This document shows positions 1 to 4,847 of a DNA stretch of 11,686 nucleotides, one piece after another; position 1 is the first letter of the stretch, and every line of letters begins with the position of its first letter. This stretch comes from a virus. Lineage: Duplodnaviria > Heunggongvirae > Uroviricota > Caudoviricetes. The stretch is taken from the IMG/VR virus record IMGVR_UViG_3300047564_003701, positions 1-11,686 of that record. One strand, 5' to 3'. Below the pieces are notes generated by a model. That model had not been told where the DNA came from and ran no database searches. It saw nothing but the letters and a program-made list of their open reading frames with translations. The translations under genes and the position numbers were made by a program.

Positions 1-27
1 GTTTAATTTTTTGAGTGTGTTTACATA

Positions 28-101
28 TGGTAGGGGCACAGAGAATCGAACTCTGATTTACGGGTTAAAAGCCCGCTACTTTACCATTAAGTTATACCCC
101 C
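28..101 (-). tRNA. trnK: tRNA-Lys(UUU)
   Basis: Cloverleaf GGGGGUA/UGCCCCU acceptor (G1-U72), anticodon loop CU-UUU-AA, T loop UUCGAUU, encoded CCA. Confidence 0.95.
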
Positions 102-139
102 AAAGGTTTAGGACCTTTGTCAGATTTGTCACTTTCCAT
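92..139 (-). CDS. putative 15-aa mini-ORF MESDKSDKGPKPLGV overlapping the 5' end of tRNA-Lys
   Basis: Strong SD AGGAGA 5 nt before ATG (139); stop TAA at 94-92 lies inside the tRNA-Lys gene. Too short for homology support. Confidence 0.35.
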   Translation of the reverse strand: MESDKSDKGPKPLGV

Positions 140-233
140 AACATTCTCCTATTTTAAATTTTTGTCAATATAATAAATTAAAACTACAAGCATGAGTAAA
201 ACTGCAACCGCCCCATTTTGATTTCTCCTTAAG

Positions 234-307
234 TGGTGCCCAGAACAAGAATTGAACTTGTAATAATCGCTTATCAAGCGACCGTTATACCATTTAACTA
301 TCCGGGC
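234..307 (-). tRNA. trnI: tRNA-Ile(GAU)
   Basis: Acceptor GCCCGGA/UCUGGGC, A73, anticodon loop UU-GAU-AA, T arm ACAAG-UUCAAUU-CUUGU, CCA. Confidence 0.95.
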
Positions 308-383
308 ATATTGAATTTGTTAAAGTAGTGCCGCCATCGTTATCGACACCATTCACCTGGATTAACTAGCCCGGGCAGGACTC

Positions 384-493
384 GGTAAGTCACTTGGGAT
401 ACTCATCCAGTTAGCAACCATACTGCACCGATCTTCCGATCGGTCGGGAGTTGAACCCGTCCCCTTCTACTATTTCGGTAGTTCGAACTTACC
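384..493 (-). ncRNA. YrlA-like bacterial/phage Y RNA candidate (circularly permuted tRNA mimic), 110 nt
   Basis: Terminal helix 5'GGUAAGUUCGAA / 3' strand AGUGACUUACC with bulged C9; internal T arm (459-445), GGAA-closed acceptor-like hairpin (444-427), D arm with GG loop (425-408). Manual folding only. Confidence 0.7.
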
Positions 494-534
494 TAGATAG
501 CGTGACATTCTCTTGCTGACACTTTAACAAAACT

Positions 535-624
535 TGGTGGAAGCGGTGAGATTCGAACTCACGGACCCTTTCGAGCCGTCTGTTTTCAAGACAGGTGCAA
601 TAAACCGGACTCTGCCACACTTCC
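535..624 (-). tRNA. trnS: tRNA-Ser(UGA)
   Basis: Acceptor GGAAGUG/CGCUUCC, anticodon loop CU-UGA-AA, long variable arm, T loop UUCGAAU, CCA; discriminator A. Confidence 0.95.
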
Positions 625-632
625 TTAATCTT

Positions 633-713
633 TGGTGCCCCTAATCGGATTCGAACCGATAGTTATGACACTCCTTTTGAGAGAGCCGCCTTTACCTATT
701 TGGCCATAGGGGC
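633..713 (-). tRNA. trnL: tRNA-Leu(CAA)
   Basis: Acceptor GCCCCUA/UAGGGGC, A73, anticodon loop CU-CAA-AA, 9-nt variable region, CCA. Confidence 0.9.
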
Positions 714-717
714 AATC

Positions 718-795
718 TGGAGTGAGGAGTCGGATTCGAACCGACGGCTTTACAGTTTTGCAGACTGTTGCATTGGGCCTCTCTGCCATCCTCAC
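718..795 (-). tRNA. trnC: tRNA-Cys(GCA)
   Basis: Acceptor GUGAGGA/UCCUCAC, U73 (Cys identity), anticodon loop CU-GCA-AA, CCA. Confidence 0.95.
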
Positions 796-801
796 ATCAT
801 T

Positions 802-876
802 TGGCGTACCCCGAGGGATTCGAACCCCCACTAGCAGTTTTGGAGACTGTCGTGCTGCCGTTAACACTAGGGATAC
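802..876 (-). tRNA. trnW: tRNA-Trp(CCA)
   Basis: Acceptor GUAUCCC/GGGGUAC, G73, anticodon loop CU-CCA-AA, CCA end. Confidence 0.95.
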
Positions 877-882
877 ATTTAT

Positions 883-974
883 TGGTGCCTCCGGCGGGAG
901 TCGAACCCACATTGGCCAATTATCTGTTGCACACGGGATATAAATCCGCTGTTTTACCATTAAACTACAGAGGC
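883..974 (-). tRNA. trnI: tRNA-Ile(UAU) with long variable region
   Basis: Acceptor GCCUCUG/CGGAGGC, A73, anticodon loop UU-UAU-AU, 22-nt variable region, T arm GUGGG-UUCGACU-CCCGC, CCA. Confidence 0.85.
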
Positions 975-982
975 ATAAAATC

Positions 983-1057
983 TGGTACACCGTAGGGGAA
1001 TCGAACCCCTCTTTCCGCCTTGAAAGGGCAGCGTCCTAACCGATAGACGAACGGTGC
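983..1057 (-). tRNA. trnE: tRNA-Glu(UUC)
   Basis: Acceptor GCACCGU/ACGGUGU, anticodon loop CU-UUC-AA, T arm AGGGG-UUCGAUU-CCCCU, CCA. Confidence 0.95.
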
Positions 1058-1062
1058 ATATC

Positions 1063-1139
1063 TGGCTCCCCGAGCAGGGCTCGAACCTGCGACACCTTGA
1101 TTAACAGTCAAGTGCTTCTACCAACTGAGCTATCAGGGA
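1063..1139 (-). tRNA. trnN: tRNA-Asn(GUU)
   Basis: Acceptor UCCCUGA/UCGGGGA, G73, anticodon loop CU-GUU-AA, CCA; one extra A in the D arm. Confidence 0.95.
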
Positions 1140-1147
1140 ATAAACTT

Positions 1148-1222
1148 TGGCGGTCCCAGGGGGTAACGATCCCCCTCCTTCGGCGTGACAAGCCGGTATG
1201 CGTCCATGAACACCTTGAGACC
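1148..1222 (-). tRNA. trnD: tRNA-Asp(GUC), atypical T loop
   Basis: Acceptor GGUCUCA/UGGGACC, G73, anticodon loop UU-GUC-AC, T arm GGGGG-AUCGUUA-CCCCC, CCA. Confidence 0.9.
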
Positions 1223-1227
1223 TAAAT

Positions 1228-1430
1228 TCGTGTAAGGCTACTTGTTTTCCACTCAAACCCCTTACTGAGCTGTTACTCTGTCCATCTCCATTTATTCGCT
1301 GTCTGTGTGCAGTTGAGCTTCTGCCTATCAGAGTCTGTAAGGGTAGTTTCCATCCTCACGCTTACGGTTTTCTGCCACCGGATCTCTCACGCTAATCAAA
1401 CGCTACTTTAAGGAAAGTAGTAACCGGAAC
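1228..1430 (-). ncRNA. unidentified ~200-nt structured RNA between tRNA-Tyr and tRNA-Asp
   Basis: No credible ORF; several helices: CUACUUU/AAAGUAG, CGGU/ACCG, and nested GUAAG/CUUAC, CCCUUAC/GUAAGGG, ACUCUG/CAGAGU, GCAG/CUGC. Confidence 0.6.
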
Positions 1431-1519
1431 TGGTGGAAGTGGTAGGATTCGAACCTACAATGTTTCTTATGTGGCGGATTTACAGTCCGTTGCCTTCAAC
1501 CAATTCAGCACACACTTCC
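1431..1519 (-). tRNA. trnY: tRNA-Tyr(GUA)
   Basis: G1-C72, A73, anticodon loop CU-GUA-AA, long variable region, T loop UUCGAAU, CCA. Confidence 0.93.
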
Positions 1520-1528
1520 ATTTAAGCA

Positions 1529-1556
1529 ATTATACACTCTTCCGCTATGCTGTCAA
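1529..1556 (-). promoter_or_regulatory. sigma70-type promoter directly upstream of tRNA-Tyr
   Basis: TTGACA (1556-1551), 16-nt spacer, TATAAT (1534-1529); the predicted start lies just upstream of tRNA-Tyr position 1 (1519). Confidence 0.75.
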
Positions 1557-1757
1557 CCGCTGTTCAGGCGGAGGTAAAGAGTGTGTATTAAAATGTTCTC
1601 CGCTATGCTTTTTGACCACTTCGTAGGTAGAAAGAAGAACACTTTAATACGCTACCATTTTTTTATCCACACAAGGATAAGCCATCCGGTAGGCCGCCCG
1701 TTTACGTGTTTATTAGAGTGTGTCGCCGGGACCTCGTTTCCCATTCACACTTGAGTC

Positions 1758-1931
1758 TTAGTCTTCGTAGACAGGACTCTTTTTTTGAGCTTCGTACAAT
1801 GCACGAGCTCTTTCAAACTTATCTTGAATAAGTTTGCGTGTCTGTTCATCACTTAAAGTATAAGCAGACACGTAAGCCTGTTCAACAACTTTTCTCTTTA
1901 ACACATTTTTATCTATTTCTTTTCTTTCCAT
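1758..1931 (-). CDS. 57-aa hypothetical protein (MERKEIDKNVLKRKVVEQAY...KKSPVYED), first ORF after the attenuator
   Basis: SD AAGGA 4 nt before ATG; open frame of 57 codons; below the ORF-track length cut-off. Confidence 0.6.
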   Translation of the reverse strand: MERKEIDKNVLKRKVVEQAYVSAYTLSDEQTRKLIQDKFERARALYEAQKKSPVYED

Positions 1932-1945
1932 CTTTTCCTTTACAT

Positions 1946-1978
1946 AAACAAAAACCCCAGGGTTTCTAGTCCTGGGGT
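1946..1978 (-). terminator. intrinsic terminator of the putative attenuator
   Basis: ACCCCAGG-9 nt loop-CCUGGGGU followed by UUUUGUUU; the 5' arm can alternatively pair with GGGGUCC at 2028-2022. Confidence 0.8.
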
Positions 1979-2003
1979 CCTTTGAAGTTCGAGTTATTTT
2001 TAG

Positions 2004-2144
2004 TTAACTCATGATCTCCGTGGACCCCGACTGTAGCTCTGGTGTACGATCATTATTAAAGAGACTAATCGCAGACCAAGAGGCGGATATACCAACCTGT
2101 TTGGCTATACAATAATGTCTTAATGATGATCCTACTGTTTTCAT
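2004..2144 (-). CDS. putative 46-aa attenuator leader peptide MKTVGSSLRHYCIAKQVGISASWSAISLFNNDRTPELQSGSTEIMS
   Basis: First ORF after the promoter at 2196-2224; AAGGA at 2162-2158 (13-nt spacing, long); stop sits within the antiterminator hairpin, 25 nt before the terminator stem. Confidence 0.65.
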   Translation of the reverse strand: MKTVGSSLRHYCIAKQVGISASWSAISLFNNDRTPELQSGSTEIMS

Positions 2145-2195
2145 TTGCTTCGTCTTTTCCTTAAAAATTCTGCGTTTTCTCTAACGCATAGTCCT

Positions 2196-2224
2196 ATTGT
2201 ATAGTTATTTAGTCTCGCTGTCAA
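2196..2224 (-). promoter_or_regulatory. sigma70 promoter of the leader/tRNA operon
   Basis: TTGACA (2224-2219), 17-nt spacer containing CTAAATA, TACAAT (2201-2196). Confidence 0.75.
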
Positions 2225-2291
2225 CCACTTTTGGTAAGATTGATTTTCAAGATCAGTTGCTTCTTTAGCAAGACAAATTAACTATGCTTTG

Positions 2292-2320
2292 ATTGTATTG
2301 TCTGTTTATTTATATGTCAA
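2292..2320 (-). promoter_or_regulatory. sigma70 promoter with embedded T4-late-like TATAAATA
   Basis: TTGACA (2320-2315), 17-nt spacer beginning TATAAATA (2314-2307), TACAAT (2297-2292). Confidence 0.7.
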
Positions 2321-2349
2321 TGAAAAAATGCCCAGATTATGTGGCGTTT

Positions 2350-2592
2350 TTACAACACTTTATCAGATTCGATTAGTAAGTGCTTGCCAACTTCGAACAT
2401 ACCTACTCCGCCTACTAGATCCAAACAACTAGCGTGTATCTGTGCTTCGCCTTCTTCGTCCATTGAGCAGGCCACGAACTCTTTGATCTTCCCTTCTTCA
2501 ATCTGTTGTTGCATTTCTGCTAACACTTCTAACATAGAAATTTTACGCTCTTCATCTTTTTTAGCTTTCGGATCTAATGCAATTACCTTCAT
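2350..2592 (-). CDS. hypothetical protein, 80 aa (MKVIALDPK...)
   Basis: Track ORF 2350..2637; start moved to ATG 2592 because TAAGGA precedes it and the longer start overlaps the clpP-like gene. Confidence 0.75.
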   Translation of the reverse strand: MKVIALDPKAKKDEERKISMLEVLAEMQQQIEEGKIKEFVACSMDEEGEAQIHASCLDLVGGVGMFEVGKHLLIESDKVL

Positions 2593-2600
2593 ATTTTTCC

Positions 2601-3161
2601 TTATGTCAAATGATCTGCCACGCCCAGCTCGACACATTCTTCTGCAGTGAGATATACATCAGATGCGGGCAACAATTTTGATTTGATTCTACTAGGCGGC
2701 ATTCCTGTGGCCTGTTTGAGGATATCGATCATTCGCTGATTACAGAGTTCGCCGTCTCTCATAGTGGCCTTTAGATCGTGATGTTTTCCCGATACACTGT
2801 CAGAATATTGATGACACATAAAACTACAATTTTTTGCAGCATATCTCTCGCCATTATGTCCTGCGGCAAATATAAGGAACGCGGCACTCATAGCAGATCC
2901 TATAGCGATCGTTCTTACCGGATGTTGGCTATTTTTGATCATATCAATCAGAGCAAACGCACCGTAAAGATCTCCGCCCATAGAATTGATATACAGGGTT
3001 AGGATCTTTTCTTTCGGATCTTGATTTTCGTAGAGTATCCATTTGACGCAGTTTGCGATATTTTCTTCATCGATTTCTCCGTAGAGATAAAAGATGCTGT
3101 TTTCTAGAAGTTTTACCGCAATACGATCATCGGCGTTGAAATCGTCGAATTTTTTGGACAC
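2601..3161 (-). CDS. clpP: ATP-dependent Clp protease proteolytic subunit (ClpP-like, peptidase S14)
   Basis: Motifs LYINSMGG, GSAMSAA (catalytic Ser), FMCHQ (His), SDVYLTAEEC...GVADH (Asp). GTG start at 3161 after AGGGGA; ATG 3194 is an alternative start. Confidence 0.9.
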   Translation of the reverse strand: MSKKFDDFNADDRIAVKLLENSIFYLYGEIDEENIANCVKWILYENQDPKEKILTLYINSMGGDLYGAFALIDMIKNSQHPVRTIAIGSAMSAAFLIFAAGHNGERYAAKNCSFMCHQYSDSVSGKHHDLKATMRDGELCNQRMIDILKQATGMPPSRIKSKLLPASDVYLTAEECVELGVADHLT

Positions 3162-3201
3162 ATTAATTCCCCTGGATTCACTATTACTTATCATTTGTTT
3201 T

Positions 3202-3220
3202 ATTATAGTGTCTGTTTATT
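3202..3220 (-). promoter_or_regulatory. -10 box TATAAT with an upstream AATAAACAGACA box (no -35 consensus)
   Basis: Same 12-nt box at identical spacing to the -10 as in the 2292-2320 promoter. Confidence 0.4.
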
Positions 3221-3485
3221 GCCAGGTGTTAGTTTCGCTGTTCCAATGTCTAGTATCGTAGATAGTAAAGCCTATAGCGTATCCTAAAATGCCCAAACAA
3301 AATCTCAGCCCTGCGTGATCTTGTTTGGTAGTAAATTCAAAATCCAAATCTACAAGCATACCGTCGTGGTAAGTATGCTCTATTTCCCAGGTCATATTTT
3401 TGGTTATTTTACCAAAAACGCAGCCCAGATTTTTAAAACGGTCTCTGCTCCAGGGATTTCGGATTTCTAACCGTAATTTTATCAT
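3216..3485 (-). CDS. hypothetical protein, 89 aa
   Basis: ORF in co-oriented cluster; ATGA overlap with upstream gene. Confidence 0.75.
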   Translation of the reverse strand: MIKLRLEIRNPWSRDRFKNLGCVFGKITKNMTWEIEHTYHDGMLVDLDFEFTTKQDHAGLRFCLGILGYAIGFTIYDTRHWNSETNTWQ

Positions 3486-3670
3486 TCTGGCAAGGGGCTA
3501 AACCGACTTAGAAAACTTTCTTTGAAACAACTGTATTCCTGAACTTCTTCGTTCTTTAATTTTTCAGCCCTATAATAAACCCAATCATTGCCGTCTATAG
3601 TTGGCGCTGCTAACACTATAAACTTTTCGCCGTTGCTTGTCCACCATCTGCTGCCTGATTTTATCTCCAT
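3482..3670 (-). CDS. hypothetical protein, 62 aa
   Basis: SD AAGGAG upstream; 4-nt overlap with downstream gene. Confidence 0.75.
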   Translation of the reverse strand: MEIKSGSRWWTSNGEKFIVLAAPTIDGNDWVYYRAEKLKNEEVQEYSCFKESFLSRFSPLPE

Positions 3671-3681
3671 ATACGCTCTCC

Positions 3682-4086
3682 TTATGTTTTGAAAACTTCT
3701 GTGGCCTCCGTGTCCACATTCTCTACCATATGTATCATAAAACGATAAGCATCCCAGGCTTTTTTGACACTGTCGTTAGCTGAAAGAGCAGTTGGAAAAA
3801 TATCAACCCACACAGAAGTTTCTGGTTGCATATGCCGATGAAGACCTTGCTTTCGAGGTTGTAGGAGTCGATTAGTATCCCATAGATCCTGTGCAACAGA
3901 TAGACATTCTTCAAAGTTCAGCCCTAGCAGATAGTTAGGTTCTCCGCAATAAACTGATATCACATTGTCTAGTTGTTCGCGACTATGAATGCTAGTAGCT
4001 GTGATAATAAATGCTACATCATCGATGCTAACATCACCGCTGACAATATCTCGAACACAACGACCCAAACTAAATCCGATTTTCAT
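3682..4086 (-). CDS. hypothetical protein, 134 aa (MKIGFSLGRCVRDIV...)
   Basis: Long ORF with ATGA overlap with upstream gene. Confidence 0.8.
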   Translation of the reverse strand: MKIGFSLGRCVRDIVSGDVSIDDVAFIITATSIHSREQLDNVISVYCGEPNYLLGLNFEECLSVAQDLWDTNRLLQPRKQGLHRHMQPETSVWVDIFPTALSANDSVKKAWDAYRFMIHMVENVDTEATEVFKT

Positions 4087-4277
4087 TCTTCAACCTTGAA
4101 ATGATTTTTTAACATATACGAAATATGATTACGACTATCTCGTTCCCAGATCTTAACATTGTCAATGCAGTCTTTAATAATAACTTCGGCCAGCATTTCC
4201 ATACGATGTTGACAGTCCGCTGAGATGTGTTTATGTAATCCATGATCGCGCATCAGTTCAGCAATTCGTTCGTTCAT
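4083..4277 (-). CDS. hypothetical protein, 64 aa (MNERIAELM...)
   Basis: ATGA overlaps at both ends; typical small phage ORF. Confidence 0.75.
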   Translation of the reverse strand: MNERIAELMRDHGLHKHISADCQHRMEMLAEVIIKDCIDNVKIWERDSRNHISYMLKNHFKVEE

Positions 4278-4723
4278 AGTTCAAGCCCGTTGTCTTTGGC
4301 GTACTTTTCATATTTGGCCTGTCGCTCTGCTTCATGCGTATCGCAGAGTGTGCGGATCCAACCACCACTACGATGCTTACCAGACTGACCACATTCTTCG
4401 CAGGTATGACTTGCCCAGGATTCTGCCATACGTACCATACCTTGGATTTTTTCGTCACCGCCATCGTAATAGAAACGAAGTCCGCCAAACTTTTCTTTGA
4501 CCTGCACAGCGATTACCTGTTCAACAACAGGGTGGTTTTCGTGATTTTTATTTTGCCAATCAATGTGATGTTGGATGTTGCCGCAGAGGCTGTCCAATAT
4601 CTGATACCAACCATCGCCGCACTCAAATCCCCAACACATTAGAGTTTCTTTCATATCCCCGTGTCTGTTCTTAAAGATCAAAGGATACTTTTTACATAGT
4701 TGTTCGTCTAGTTCTTCACGCAT
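4274..4723 (-). CDS. conserved phage hypothetical protein, 149 aa, with QVKEKFGGLRFY and CEECG motifs (possible metal binding)
   Basis: SD GAGGT; Cys-rich motifs CWGFECGDGW and CEECG...C; function unknown. Confidence 0.8.
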   Translation of the reverse strand: MREELDEQLCKKYPLIFKNRHGDMKETLMCWGFECGDGWYQILDSLCGNIQHHIDWQNKNHENHPVVEQVIAVQVKEKFGGLRFYYDGGDEKIQGMVRMAESWASHTCEECGQSGKHRSGGWIRTLCDTHEAERQAKYEKYAKDNGLEL

Positions 4724-4810
4724 TATACTACCTCGAAATTATCATACTTCATTGAAGTTTTGCTCGGCCTCTTGGCATAGGATACTTTCTATGTTCGTTA
4801 ATGATATACT

Positions 4811-4839
4811 ATTATAGCATCAACCGTAGCAGCAGTCAA
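4811..4839 (-). promoter_or_regulatory. sigma70 promoter with extended -10
   Basis: TTGACT (4839-4834), 17-nt spacer ending TGC, TATAAT (4816-4811). Confidence 0.75.
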
Positions 4840-4847
4840 TGACTATT

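Noticed and set aside
625-995. Track ORFs 625..990 (-), 722..943 (+) and 768..995 (+)
   Set aside because: They run across the tRNA genes and are chance open frames in GC-rich tRNA sequence.
1651-1745. Possible c-di-GMP-I or preQ1/SAM-II riboswitch
   Set aside because: Consensus ligand-binding nucleotides are not matched; kept only as an unassigned structure.
1716-1780. HDV-like/theta ribozyme look-alike on the plus strand (GAGUGUG/CACACUU P1, ACCUCGU loop)
   Set aside because: Antisense to the operon, extra bases between P3 and P1, and no P2 3' strand or J4/2 C. No theta ribozyme was seen after any tRNA 3' end.
2323-2348. Possible terminator after the 80-aa ORF (GCCA...UGGGC-AUUUUUU)
   Set aside because: The stem is short and bulged; insufficient support.
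4720-4772. Chained mini-ORFs MPRGRAKLQ and MKYDNFEVV coupled (ATGA, TAATG) to the 149-aa gene
   Set aside because: Very short, no convincing SD; the downstream gene has its own GAGGT SD, so these are probably incidental.
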